NCBI GenBank assembly: GCA_964607485.1
Contig: CAZSKP010000024.1
Span: forward strand, 1-64,000
Source: an uncultured bacterium
Lineage (GTDB): Bacteria > Abyssobacteria > SURF-5
Direction: 5' to 3'
DNA length: 64,000 nucleotides
The notes beneath the pieces are model-generated. The model was not told where the DNA came from and made no database searches. It saw only the letters and a program-made list of their open reading frames with translations. Positions 1 through 10,037 of the stretch are shown here, in pieces. Each line of letters begins with the position of its first letter. The first letter of the stretch is position 1. The position numbers and the translations under genes are program-made.

Positions 1-1
1 C

Positions 2-529
2 AATTGCATCGAGATGCATCACTTCACCGACGCCCAGATAGAGGCCCAGATTGACGCCATCCTTGAGGAAGACCCGGCGGAACGAATCGTGGTGTTCGCC
101 TGCAATTGGTGCTCCTATGCCGGCGCCGATTTTGCAGGGGTGTCCCGGCTTCAATACCCCTCGACCGGCCGCCTGATCCGCACCATGTGCTCGGGCAGGG
201 TACACGAGAAGTTCGTCTGGCGCGCCTTCGAGAAGGGAGCGCCGGTCGTGCTGGTCTCCGGCTGCCATATCGGAGATTGCCACTACATCGATGCCAACCA
301 CTGGACCGAGCGCCGCATTGGCAAAATATGGAAGAAGATGGAAAAGCTCGGCCTGCGGACTCAGCGGCTGGCGCTCGAGTGGATCAGCGCGGCGGAGGGC
401 GTACGCTTTCAGGAGGTCATGGAGCGCATGGAACGCCTCAGGCAGAGCGTCACTCTCGAGGAGATCGCCGAGACTCAGCGCATCCTCTCCGAACAAAAGA
501 ACAAGGCTGCCGCGAAGACTCCGGCATGA
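2..529 (+). CDS. C-terminal part of an HdrA-like protein fused to an MvhD/FlpD [2Fe-2S] domain (5' truncated by window edge)
   Basis: Frame is open from base 2 (NCIEMHHFTDAQIEAQIDA, typical HdrA C-terminus), followed by MvhD motifs FACNWCSYAGAD, MCSGRV and GCHIGDCHY. Confidence 0.8.
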   Translation, partial: NCIEMHHFTDAQIEAQIDAILEEDPAERIVVFACNWCSYAGADFAGVSRLQYPSTGRLIRTMCSGRVHEKFVWRAFEKGAPVVLVSGCHIGDCHYIDANHWTERRIGKIWKKMEKLGLRTQRLALEWISAAEGVRFQEVMERMERLRQSVTLEEIAETQRILSEQKNKAAAKTPA

Positions 530-618
530 CCTTCCATCACGGATTCGACGCATAAGAAGCCGCTGGATGAACTGACGCCTCATCCGCGGTTGCCCCAATC
601 CCATCCCACCCACCTCCC

Positions 619-647
619 TTGACAAACAACGGAAATGCTGTTAATTT
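619..647 (+). promoter_or_regulatory. sigma-70-type promoter upstream of citrate synthase
   Basis: TTGACA-17bp-TAATTT with extended TG. Confidence 0.55.
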
Positions 648-693
648 GAGCTAGTTAGCATTGAATCTCACGCATAACAAGAAGGGCCTGAAG

Positions 694-2013
694 ATGGCAA
701 GAAAAGCGCGAGAAAATAAGAAGGTCGGGAAAAACAGAACACCTGAGTTAAGAATTGGCGACGAGGTGTTGCAACTGCCCGTACACGAGAGCACTGACGG
801 TTCCCTCTCCATCGACATATCCGGACTCTTCAGCAAGACGGGCATAAAGGTTTTCAATCCCGGCTTGGCCGATGTGTCAACCTGCAGAAGTTCCATCAGC
901 TTTGTGGACGGAGAGAGGGGCATACTCCTGTATCGTGGCTATTCCATAGAGGAGTTGGCGGCGAAGACCACGTTTGTCGAAACAGCGTACCTGCTGATCA
1001 ACGGACATCTTCCCACCCTGGAGGAAAGAGAATTCTTCTCCCGAAAACTCACGTACCTTTCAAACATTCATGAAGACATGAAACACTATTTCGATGGTTT
1101 TCCCTCCACCGCCGACCCCATGGCGATGCTGTCATCGATGATAATCGCCCTTTCAACCTTTCATCAGGAAGACCTGAAGAGAGAAGACTCCTTCGAGATA
1201 ACGAGCACGAGCCTCTTGGCGAAGATAAAAACGATCGCGGCCTTTTCTTACAAGCGGAAAAGGGGTGAACCGTACGAATATCCTCAGGATGACCTCAGTT
1301 ATTGCGCCAACCTGCTGTACATGCTGTTCGACAGGCCTAACAAGCGGTATGATATCAATGACCGGCTGGTGAGCGTCCTGAACAAGATATTGATTCTTCA
1401 CGCCGACCACGAACAGAACTGCTCCACCACAACGGTGAGGGTGGTCGGAAGCAGCGGAGCGAATATTTTCGCCTCCATATCATCCGGAGTGGACGCTTTG
1501 TCGGGACCTCGTCACGGCGGCGCGAATCAAGATGTGTTGAGGTTGCTGCAGCGAATTCAGACAGACGGCGGCGATATCAATAAATATATCAAGATGGCGA
1601 AAGATTCGCAGAAAAGATTTCTCCTGCCCGGCTTCGGGCACAGGGTGTATAAGAACTACGATCCTCGCGCGAGAATTTGCAAGGAAGCCTGCGACCAGGT
1701 GCTCGCAATACTCGGAATTCACGACCCGCTGCTGGATATCGCCAAGAGATTGGAAGAGGCAGCGCTGAAAGACGACTATTTCAAGGAGAGGCGGCTGTAT
1801 CCGAACGTCGATTTCTATAGCTGCATCATTTTCTCGGCCCTGGGGCTGCCGCCGGAAATGTTCCCGGTGATGTTCGCCATCGGCCGACTGCCCGGCTGGA
1901 TAGCGCATTGGAAAGAGGCGTTCGATGACCCCGAACACAGGATCATCCGTCCGGGTCAGATATATGTAGGAACTACGAAAAGACGCTTCATCCCTATCGA
2001 AAAGCGGCGGTGA
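694..2013 (+). CDS. gltA: citrate synthase
   Basis: Motifs DGERGILLYRGY, HADHEQNCST, HGGAN, GFGHRVYKNYDPRA and YPNVDFY; ATG at 694 chosen as start. Confidence 0.93.
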   Translation: MARKARENKKVGKNRTPELRIGDEVLQLPVHESTDGSLSIDISGLFSKTGIKVFNPGLADVSTCRSSISFVDGERGILLYRGYSIEELAAKTTFVETAYLLINGHLPTLEEREFFSRKLTYLSNIHEDMKHYFDGFPSTADPMAMLSSMIIALSTFHQEDLKREDSFEITSTSLLAKIKTIAAFSYKRKRGEPYEYPQDDLSYCANLLYMLFDRPNKRYDINDRLVSVLNKILILHADHEQNCSTTTVRVVGSSGANIFASISSGVDALSGPRHGGANQDVLRLLQRIQTDGGDINKYIKMAKDSQKRFLLPGFGHRVYKNYDPRARICKEACDQVLAILGIHDPLLDIAKRLEEAALKDDYFKERRLYPNVDFYSCIIFSALGLPPEMFPVMFAIGRLPGWIAHWKEAFDDPEHRIIRPGQIYVGTTKRRFIPIEKRR

Positions 2014-2269
2014 TATTCCCTCGCGTCCGACGCAGTCCGCCGTCGGCCGAATCCCATCTCGCTTTTCTGGCACGCTCCAGACGAACATTCTCCCAGAGAC
2101 AAAGCGGCCTGCGGAAAGGATGTCCTCCTGCATGCACTTTCTCGAGATCTTGCCTGAGTGTATTCTTCAGCTATGAAAAGCGATTCAAGAGTGCGGCGCC
2201 CGCTGCCGGCTCGAAGGGATTCCGACTCGTCTTTCCGCAATTCGCTTCGAATAGGTGTCTGCTCGCGGC

Positions 2270-2797
2270 TCAGAGCAGAATCTGAGCAACCTCGTGGAGG
2301 ACGTCTACCGAGCGGACCACTCCGACAACCTTTCCCTCGTTGAGCACCGGAATCAAGCTCAGGTTGTTGTCCACCATCTCATAGATCACCTTCACGATGT
2401 GGTCGGCGTGGTCCACCTTCACTGCGATAGGAAGCATCACGTCGCTCACGGGTCGCTCGGCCCTCTTTTGGATGCCTTCCAGGACCCTGTCATACGTGAG
2501 CTCAGCCAAGTTCGGGTCCACCTTCACATCGAACAGTTTCTTGCGATACTCCATCGGCCTGCTCGACAGGAAGTCCGGCTCCAATGCGCGCAGGATGTCC
2601 CGCCTCCGTACCACACCCATGAGCTCGTTTGCGGCATCGAATACCAGAACGACTCGCGGCAGCGACGTGCGGCTTTCAATGTTTATCTGCGACTCCTCCA
2701 TCAACGCTACGACTTCCCGAATCGTGCACGTGAGCAGAACATGGGGATACTTGTCCAACGGAATCATTATCTCTCCAGCTCTCTTCGCGGTTATCAT
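2270..2797 (-). CDS. CBS-domain pair protein
   Basis: Two CBS repeats (AGEIMIPL...LMGVVRRRDIL and VSDVMLP...IPVLNEGKVVGVVRSVDVL). Confidence 0.8.
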   Translation of the reverse strand: MITAKRAGEIMIPLDKYPHVLLTCTIREVVALMEESQINIESRTSLPRVVLVFDAANELMGVVRRRDILRALEPDFLSSRPMEYRKKLFDVKVDPNLAELTYDRVLEGIQKRAERPVSDVMLPIAVKVDHADHIVKVIYEMVDNNLSLIPVLNEGKVVGVVRSVDVLHEVAQILL

Positions 2798-3146
2798 TGC
2801 AAGACCCTCCTGTCGAGTTCCGGCATTTTGGAGTCCTCTTTCTCTGGTTCTTTTCCACTGTGCCGGAATTGCGGACGAGCAAAGCCCCGAATGAACACGC
2901 CTCTCCCCACGTCGATAAAGCGGGAAGATGCGGCAGATGCGTTGCGAGGCTATCTTATCCAGCCCCCGCCAAACCTGTCAAATCGGTAAGAGGTGAAAGC
3001 GGAACGGAGAAAGCTGAGAGAAGGGGCTCCTCCCTTCGGAAACGGTGTTATCGGGCTTCCCCCGGGGAATGACGGTGGCGCAAAGCTCCCGAATCCCGGA
3101 CGCGGACCAGCGAAAGATCATTCCCGCATTTCGGATGAGATCCTTC

Positions 3147-3176
3147 TTGAAAACATGAAAAGACAACAATTATAAT
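3147..3176 (+). promoter_or_regulatory. sigma-70-type promoter upstream of the Mo/W oxidoreductase
   Basis: TTGAAA-18bp-TATAAT. Confidence 0.5.
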
Positions 3177-3275
3177 CGAATACGGCTCGTTGGAGGATAT
3201 CCGAAGGCCATGTCGGCCTCGACCCGCAAAGAGGATGGCCAAAATGAAAGACGCCGTTTGGAGGGAGATGGGAAG

Positions 3276-5393
3276 GTGACATCAGGGAAAGAAAAAGTCG
3301 TGAAGTCCATCTGTCGCATGTGTCATGGCGTGTGCGGCGTGCTTGTGCACATGAGAGACGGCAAGGTTGTCAAGGTGACCGGCGACCCGGAAAGCCCGTT
3401 GAGCAGCGGTTTCATCTGCTCGAAGGGCCGCGCATCCGTGGAATACCTCTACCGTCCTGACCGACTGCGCCATCCTCTCAAACGCGTGGGAGCAAAGGGC
3501 GAAAACAGATGGGAGCGGATAAGCTGGGAAGAGGCCCTGGACACCATCGCTCAGAAACTGCTTGCGTACAAGAAGGAGTGCGGTCCCGAGTCGGTCGGAC
3601 TCGCGCTCGGCACCGGCCGCCCGTATCAAGCGTTTGCGCTCAGATTCGCCAATGCCTTCGGCACGCCCAACGTAGTGAGCTATGCTCACATCTGCTACCT
3701 TCCACGGGTGGTCGCCTCTATCATCACCTGCGGGCAGCTTCCCGTCTGTGATTTCTACGGATTTGGCGGTGTGCATCCGCGCTGTGTCGTGGTCTGGGGA
3801 TGCAACATAGGGGAAACCGGTGCGGCCGACGGTATGTGCGGCTATCAGCTCTCACTTGCTCGACACAAAGGCGCGAAGTTCATCGTCATCGACCCTCGCC
3901 GCACGAAGCTAGCCTCGAAGGCGAATGTCTGGGCACAGATAAGGCCCGGCACCGATGTCGCGCTTGCCATGGCCATGCTCCATGTCATCATCCGCGAAAA
4001 GCTCTATGACAAGCAATTCGTCGAGCAATACACGGAAGGATTTGACCGGCTCGTGGAACACGTGAAGAGCTATCTGCCGTCGAAAGTGGCGGAAATCACC
4101 TGGGTGCCGGCACAGACTATCCGAAAAATGGCGCGCCTGTATGCCAAGACAAAGCCGGCCTGCATGCTCTGGGGCAACGGCCTCGATCAGAGCGTCAATT
4201 GCTTCCAGACCGCTCGCGCCCTTCTGATTCTCAGAGCTGTCACCGGCAATATAGACGTTCCGGGCGGCGATGTCTTCTGGGTTCCGCCAAAGGGCGTTGT
4301 TCAGACATCGCCGTTCGTGGACCCCTCAATTATACTTCCGGAGAAGGTTACTGCCGAGGCGAGCGCAAGAAAACTGAGTGAGGGACAGTCGTTGATGAAT
4401 CTTGTCCTGCGCCATTCCACGTTCTGGGACGCGGTGCTCACCGGCACGCCCTATTCTCCCAAGGCCCTCATAATCGTCGGAACCAATCCGTTGCTGACCG
4501 CAAGCGATTGCGTGAAGGCCAAGAAAGCCCTCAAGAAGCTTGAGTTCACGGTTGCACTCGACCTCTTCATGACACCCACTACCCAACTTGCAGATATCGT
4601 ACTCCCCGCGGCCACATGGCTCGAGCAAGATGACGTCGCCGACCTGCACTTCATCTGGTGTGTGGCAGCCAGGCGGAAAGTGGTCGAGATTGAGGAGTGC
4701 TGGGACGACAAGAAAATCTTCATCGGACTCGCAAGGCGAATCGGATTGAGAGATTGTTTCCCATGGAATGATGTCAGGGAATACTGCGATTTCGTTCTGA
4801 AGGATACCGGACTCGATTTCGAGGAGTTCACAAAGATGGGCATCCTCAAGGGCGAAATGCAGTACGGGAAATATGAGGCGAACGGGTTCCCGACTCCGTC
4901 GGGGAAATTTGAGCTAGCATCCTCTATTCTCGATTCCTTCGGCTACGACGCGCTGCCCGACTACATCGAGCCTCCCGAAAGCCCATACGGCTCACCCGAA
5001 CTTGCCGGGGATTATCCGCTTATTGCCATCACCGGTTGCAAGGTCGAGCCGTTCTTCCATACGGAGTATCGGCAACTCAAATCACAGCGAAAGAAACATC
5101 CCGAGCCACTCGTTGAAATCAATCCTGCGACTGCATCAGAACTCGGAGTTGAAGACGGCGATTGGGTCTGGGTCGAATCGCCTCGCGCTCGGATAAGACA
5201 GCGGGCGAAGGTCACTCCCGACATCCACCCCCGAATGGTCGCCATACAGCATGCGTGGTGGTTTCCCGAAGAGGAGCCACCGGAGTACGGTTGGAAGAGG
5301 TCGAACGCCAACCTGTTGCTCGACCCTCGTCCCGCCGACCCTGTCTGGGGATCCGAATCGTGGAAGGGATTTCTCTGCAGAATTTATAAGTGA
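3276..5393 (+). CDS. molybdopterin (Mo/W-bisPGD) oxidoreductase, acetylene-hydratase-like subfamily, cytoplasmic
   Basis: N-terminal [4Fe-4S] motif CRMCHGVC...CSKG, RPGTDVAL, ADIVLPAATWLE and C-terminal molydop-binding EINPATA; no Tat signal; start codon uncertain. Confidence 0.85.
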   Translation: MTSGKEKVVKSICRMCHGVCGVLVHMRDGKVVKVTGDPESPLSSGFICSKGRASVEYLYRPDRLRHPLKRVGAKGENRWERISWEEALDTIAQKLLAYKKECGPESVGLALGTGRPYQAFALRFANAFGTPNVVSYAHICYLPRVVASIITCGQLPVCDFYGFGGVHPRCVVVWGCNIGETGAADGMCGYQLSLARHKGAKFIVIDPRRTKLASKANVWAQIRPGTDVALAMAMLHVIIREKLYDKQFVEQYTEGFDRLVEHVKSYLPSKVAEITWVPAQTIRKMARLYAKTKPACMLWGNGLDQSVNCFQTARALLILRAVTGNIDVPGGDVFWVPPKGVVQTSPFVDPSIILPEKVTAEASARKLSEGQSLMNLVLRHSTFWDAVLTGTPYSPKALIIVGTNPLLTASDCVKAKKALKKLEFTVALDLFMTPTTQLADIVLPAATWLEQDDVADLHFIWCVAARRKVVEIEECWDDKKIFIGLARRIGLRDCFPWNDVREYCDFVLKDTGLDFEEFTKMGILKGEMQYGKYEANGFPTPSGKFELASSILDSFGYDALPDYIEPPESPYGSPELAGDYPLIAITGCKVEPFFHTEYRQLKSQRKKHPEPLVEINPATASELGVEDGDWVWVESPRARIRQRAKVTPDIHPRMVAIQHAWWFPEEEPPEYGWKRSNANLLLDPRPADPVWGSESWKGFLCRIYK

Positions 5394-5454
5394 AGCAATA
5401 GGGGTTCTCGTACCCTCTCTTTCCTGATAACTCGAAGGGGATGCAAATATCTGC

Positions 5455-5892
5455 TCAGCCGGGGAAAACAACCTCGGTTCGGCAAACGGCTAGGTCTCTT
5501 CCTTCCTGGTTCTGGGCCTTGAGGTCGACGACGACGTAGCTCTTTCCCGGACTGATCACGTGTTTCTCCGTCACGACGCCGGAGCACGTCACGGTCCAGC
5601 CAGCCAGAACCGGCCAGAAGAATTTCGAGGTCATCTTCGTTATCTTCAACCCGGCGGGATAGGCCCAGTTCGACACGACGCTGAGCATGAACGACATGGT
5701 CATCATGCCGTGCGCCACCGTATGGGGTATTCCAAACGGCTGGGCGGTCGCGACCCAGTCGGGGTCGCAATGAACCGGATTATAATCCAGCGAGGCCACC
5801 GCATATTTCCAGAAGGTTTCCTGGCTGACCGTACGGCTGACGGACGGAAGCTCATATCCGACCTGAACAGAGTCAAAAGCTATTTTCTGCAC
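5455..5892 (-). CDS. MaoC-family dehydratase (hot-dog fold)
   Basis: YAVASLDYNPVH...VAHGM motif. Confidence 0.85.
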   Translation of the reverse strand: MQKIAFDSVQVGYELPSVSRTVSQETFWKYAVASLDYNPVHCDPDWVATAQPFGIPHTVAHGMMTMSFMLSVVSNWAYPAGLKITKMTSKFFWPVLAGWTVTCSGVVTEKHVISPGKSYVVVDLKAQNQEGRDLAVCRTEVVFPG

Positions 5893-5911
5893 GATGCCTG
5901 CCCTCCGAACG

Positions 5912-6493
5912 TCACACCTCGACGCCGCGCATGCCTTCGAGGAATTTCCTGATGTCCGCCTTTGTCTTTGGAAGAATCAAGGTGACGATGCAACTCGCCT
6001 TTTTCACGGCATCTTGATTATAGAAGTCGGCCTTGTACTGAAGGTAGTACTTCCCTCTCTTGATATATCGATCATGCGGCCGCATCATCACGCGGATGGT
6101 TTCGCCGACCCGAAAAGGCTCATAGAGCTCGATATGCTGCCCCGGGTTCCGCGCGCCCGGCGTTCTGACCCAGTTCCCGCGGCCCTTGACGCCGATACAC
6201 CAGAATCCCATCTGCGTGAGGAACATCGGGTGAGGAACCAGCCCTCCATATGGAGAATTCTTCGCATACTCCTCGTCGTTCATCAGGGGATTGTCGTCAA
6301 GAGCCGCCTCGGCGTAGAACTTCACGTCTTCCGCTTTGATCGTAAAGGTCCGTTCCCCCGGAATCTCCTCCTGCGACTCAAAATCTATCTCGTCCCAGGT
6401 CTCATACTGCTCTGCATCCTTGAAAAAGTCGGTGTCAAACTGTCTCTGTTTTTCCGTCCGAAAGAACCGCTCGAAATTCTGCCGACTCATCAC
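5912..6493 (-). CDS. MaoC-like dehydratase, N-terminal-type partner subunit
   Basis: FYAEAALDDNPLMNDEEYAKNSPYGGLVPHP motif. Confidence 0.75.
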   Translation of the reverse strand: MMSRQNFERFFRTEKQRQFDTDFFKDAEQYETWDEIDFESQEEIPGERTFTIKAEDVKFYAEAALDDNPLMNDEEYAKNSPYGGLVPHPMFLTQMGFWCIGVKGRGNWVRTPGARNPGQHIELYEPFRVGETIRVMMRPHDRYIKRGKYYLQYKADFYNQDAVKKASCIVTLILPKTKADIRKFLEGMRGVEV

Positions 6494-6518
6494 CTTTCTC
6501 CTTCGCGATGGCCTCTGC

Positions 6519-8219
6519 TCATGGCTTGCGGAGCGCCTTCTTGTCCACCTTTCCGACCGCCGTCAGCGGCAACTCATCGACGAACTCGATCTTCTTGGGC
6601 CTCTTGTAGGGAGCCATGTTTTCGCGGCAATACTCGATAAGCTCTTTCTCGAGTTCATGACGGTCTTTATCTCTGTGAGACGGCGCGAGCTGGACCATTG
6701 CCTTCACGATCTCGCTGCCCGGTCTCTCGGGATTAGGCGTCCCGACGATGGCGCAGAACTGAATCGCCGGGTGTTCGTAAAGCGTTTCCTCGACTTCCTT
6801 GGAGAAGACCTTGAAACCGCCTACGTTGAGCATGTCTTTCGCACGGTCAACGATCGTGAAGTAACCGTCTTCATCCATCTTCGCCACGTCGCCGGTGTAC
6901 AACCACTTCTCCCCCTGCAACTCGCGCAGGGCGTGCGCAGTTTCTTCGGGTTTTTTGTAATAACCCTTCATGATCTGCGGTCCGCGTGCAACGATCTCTC
7001 CCTCTTCCCCCACCGGCACTTGTTTCGTCCCGGTATCCAAATCCATCAGCCTGATGAAGGTGCTTTGTATTGGCACGCCGACCGTCCCGACTTTTTTGAG
7101 GCCCTTGTACGGGTTGACGGTCAGCAGAGGGCTGGCCTCGGTCATACCGTACACCTCGACGACTTTGCCCTCGCCCACCAACGTCTCGAGAGCCCTGAAG
7201 GCTTCCACGGGGAATGGGGCGGCTCCCGACAGGCACGATTTGATCTGGGTGAAGTTAAGAGTCTTGAACATCGGCTCCGCGAGAAGCATTTGATACAGCG
7301 ACGGCACGTTCGCCATGGCGGTGGGCAGGTAGCGTGCAAATTCCTCGCAGATATGCCTCGTGTTCCTCGGATCGGGAATGAGGATCTGTGTGTTGCCCAG
7401 CATCATTCCGCTCATACCGTACACCAGCCCGGCGAGGTGAAAAAACGGGAAGCCGGAGATGTAGATCTCCGCGCCGCGTCCCGTGTCGAGCCACTGCTTA
7501 CTCTGGAGCAGGTTGGCGACGATATTTCTGTGGGTAAGCTCGGTGCCCTTGGGCATGCCCGTCGTGCCGCCCGTGTACTGGATGAGGCAATTGTGCTCCG
7601 GCTTGATATCGACCTTCGGTCTCGTGGGAGGATAGCTGCCGAGAAGCTGCTTCATCGGGAGAACCGTCTTCCCCGGTATCGGGTCGATCCTTCCGACGGG
7701 AAATTTCTTGAGAAGCCTGCCGAGGGTACGCTTGGGCCAGGGGAGAAAATCCGCAATGCTCGTGGGTACGATGTGGGTGAGAGCCGGGACCTTGTCCACA
7801 ATCTTCGCCACCCTTTGTTCGAAGATTGCGTCCAGGGTCACCAACACCCGTGCGCCGCAATCGTTGAGCTGGTAGCTCATCTCCTTGGCGGTGAGCAGCG
7901 GCGAAACCCCGGTGGCGGCGCATCCGGCTCTGAGAGTGCCGGCGTGCGCGATCAAATACTGGGGAGTATTGGGCAAGTTTATGCCCACGACGTTCCCGGG
8001 ACCGCAACCGATCTCAGCAAGAAACATGGCGAATCGACGGGAAAGCAGGTCCAGTTGCCGGAACGTCAGGGTGGTTCCCATGAAGTGGATGGCCGCGCGA
8101 TCCGCAAAATCAGAAAAGCTTTCCTCGAACTGCTCGACAAACGTGACATCGGGAGTTGTGAGATCAGAGCTTACATGTTCGTCATAGAACTTGAGCCAAG
8201 GTCTTTCATCGTAGGTCAT
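6519..8219 (-). CDS. long-chain fatty-acid--CoA ligase (AMP-binding)
   Basis: QYTGGTTGMPKG, YGMTEASP, LYTGD and terminal LPLTAVGKVDK. Confidence 0.92.
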   Translation of the reverse strand: MTYDERPWLKFYDEHVSSDLTTPDVTFVEQFEESFSDFADRAAIHFMGTTLTFRQLDLLSRRFAMFLAEIGCGPGNVVGINLPNTPQYLIAHAGTLRAGCAATGVSPLLTAKEMSYQLNDCGARVLVTLDAIFEQRVAKIVDKVPALTHIVPTSIADFLPWPKRTLGRLLKKFPVGRIDPIPGKTVLPMKQLLGSYPPTRPKVDIKPEHNCLIQYTGGTTGMPKGTELTHRNIVANLLQSKQWLDTGRGAEIYISGFPFFHLAGLVYGMSGMMLGNTQILIPDPRNTRHICEEFARYLPTAMANVPSLYQMLLAEPMFKTLNFTQIKSCLSGAAPFPVEAFRALETLVGEGKVVEVYGMTEASPLLTVNPYKGLKKVGTVGVPIQSTFIRLMDLDTGTKQVPVGEEGEIVARGPQIMKGYYKKPEETAHALRELQGEKWLYTGDVAKMDEDGYFTIVDRAKDMLNVGGFKVFSKEVEETLYEHPAIQFCAIVGTPNPERPGSEIVKAMVQLAPSHRDKDRHELEKELIEYCRENMAPYKRPKKIEFVDELPLTAVGKVDKKALRKP

Positions 8220-8394
8220 GGCCATCCCCCAGCAGAACACATTCCCGCGGCCCTTGTTCGGAGGTCGGTTTCAGCGTAGCAAAACAAGAATATCCGAAGA
8301 GAAGTGTCGTGTCAAGGAAGTAAGACTTCCTCTTGCAGCAATAAAACTCTGAGGGCAACGATGTTTCCGCAGGAGTGGATACGCAACGCGAGGT

Positions 8395-9747
8395 TCAGGA
8401 AGGGGGACTGGAAGCGACGAACTGTGGTGTCCGAAAGACGAAGTCGCCATGGGTCTCCTTACTCAACGGCGGTTTGGCCTGCATTCCCCCATCGTCCTTC
8501 ATGTTGCCGCCGACGCTGTAGAGCAGGTAACCGTCATCTGTCCTTCTGTAGATGAATTGACCGGTGGAGAACGGGTCGATTAGCGCTTCCTTTGGCATCA
8601 GAGCGGCCAGCTCATCGAGTTTCTCGGGATAAGTTCCACTTTTCAGGAGGTGCAGATGCAGTGCAACGCGTATGATATTCGCGCGCTGAGCTGTCTGTTG
8701 CCGTGTGACTAAGAAAAGGAAATCGGGAATGAGTCCAAATGCCAGTTGTGACAACTCATTCTCCGGAATTTTTTCATTCAATTTCTCGCGATGAATCTCG
8801 GGGTAAGGAGTTTTTGACAACTCGATGATATATCGGCCGAATCTTTGGGTTTCCTGCAAATATCTTCTCTTGAAAAGGCGAAACATCAGATAGTTGCGCA
8901 CTCGTCTCATGGGACAGACAAAGAATTCCACGATTTTTGGTCTGTCAAGTAATTGACGAGAGAAACGGTCATAATAAAGAAAGACCCGTCCACTCTCCTT
9001 TTGATACCTTTTTAGACGGTGGGCAAAGTCCTTCTCAAGTATCTGGTAGAGAGGGACCCTGCGTGACTCAATGTCAATCATTTGACCCAGTAGAGCATTG
9101 CAGACGGCCTCGTCATTCAACTGAGCAAGAAACGACTCCCCACCTTTATAGGCAAGACCCTCAATGGCCATTCCAACAAGTGAGTGAAGAATGATTCCAC
9201 TGTCCGATACGTCGGCAGAGAAACGAAGCAGGTCTGAATATACACGCCCCGCCTCAGCGTACTTCTCGCGCCATACCAGTAATCCTCCCTTGATGACCAT
9301 GATCCGGGCGATCTCGCGAAAACCCGCGAAATAGGGAACATCCTGACCGGAATCAACAATTGGCATCGAACAGAATCTCTGTTGCGTCCCTTTGTGAACA
9401 AGCTCCAGCGCCGGCTCATTCTTCTTGAGGTAACTTTCCACAGCAGGGTCCTCTCGCCGCCATCCGTTTTCCAATACATCGTCGTAACGCTTGAACAATG
9501 ATTCGTTAAAGCCGGAATCATCCAGGACCTCGCACGCTTGCAGATAGTATTTCGCAGCGTTGTCATCCTTAAGCTCTGCCATGACCGATTTCCACGGCTT
9601 TTCGTCCACCTTTTGGCGAAAGCGGGATGGACGGAAATACCAATGGAATGCAACAGTGAACAGGCAAAAGAGAATCAGGATAGAGCAGGCTGTGACTAAG
9701 AACTTTTTCATGCAGAAAGGACTCTTTTCGATAAAATTATTCTCCAT
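8395..9747 (-). CDS. hypothetical membrane-anchored protein with pseudopilin-G-like C-terminal motif
   Basis: 450-aa ORF with an N-terminal TM helix and C-terminal GTYPEKLDEL...DPFSTGQFIYRRTDDGYLLYSVGGNMKDDGG. Confidence 0.65.
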   Translation of the reverse strand: MENNFIEKSPFCMKKFLVTACSILILFCLFTVAFHWYFRPSRFRQKVDEKPWKSVMAELKDDNAAKYYLQACEVLDDSGFNESLFKRYDDVLENGWRREDPAVESYLKKNEPALELVHKGTQQRFCSMPIVDSGQDVPYFAGFREIARIMVIKGGLLVWREKYAEAGRVYSDLLRFSADVSDSGIILHSLVGMAIEGLAYKGGESFLAQLNDEAVCNALLGQMIDIESRRVPLYQILEKDFAHRLKRYQKESGRVFLYYDRFSRQLLDRPKIVEFFVCPMRRVRNYLMFRLFKRRYLQETQRFGRYIIELSKTPYPEIHREKLNEKIPENELSQLAFGLIPDFLFLVTRQQTAQRANIIRVALHLHLLKSGTYPEKLDELAALMPKEALIDPFSTGQFIYRRTDDGYLLYSVGGNMKDDGGMQAKPPLSKETHGDFVFRTPQFVASSPPS

Positions 9748-10037
9748 TTCCTCAACTTATTGTATATCCTGGAGTGCTGCGGAGTCAAGATCCTGAACAA
9801 TGAGAGATTCCAGAGTCAGCAGGTCGAGAGGGGCGACGGATGCAGAAGACCATGAATCGGGAGCATGGCTCCATAAACAAAGGAGCGAAAGATGAGCAGG
9901 GCTTGACACCTTCTTACTGTCTGCAGACTCGTGTTATGTCTGGGAATCTTGATGTTGCCGAACCGTATGGTATATACTCGCGAAAGAGTGAATGTTGTCC
10001 AGAAATTAGGACTGAAGGGAGCCCCGGGAAAGACGTC

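Noticed and set aside
2960-3110. Possible Moco/Wco or c-di-GMP riboswitch upstream of the Mo/W enzyme (CCTCCC..GGAAACGGTGT and GGCGCAAAGC fragments)
   Set aside because: Only short fragments match, the full stems cannot be built, and the likely promoter (3147-3176) lies downstream of it.
6336-8279. 647-aa plus-strand ORF and many other long antisense ORFs (for example 19229-20323, 31254-32633, 58421-59770, 60862-62394)
   Set aside because: Shadow frames of well-supported genes in GC-rich DNA, with no recognisable motifs.
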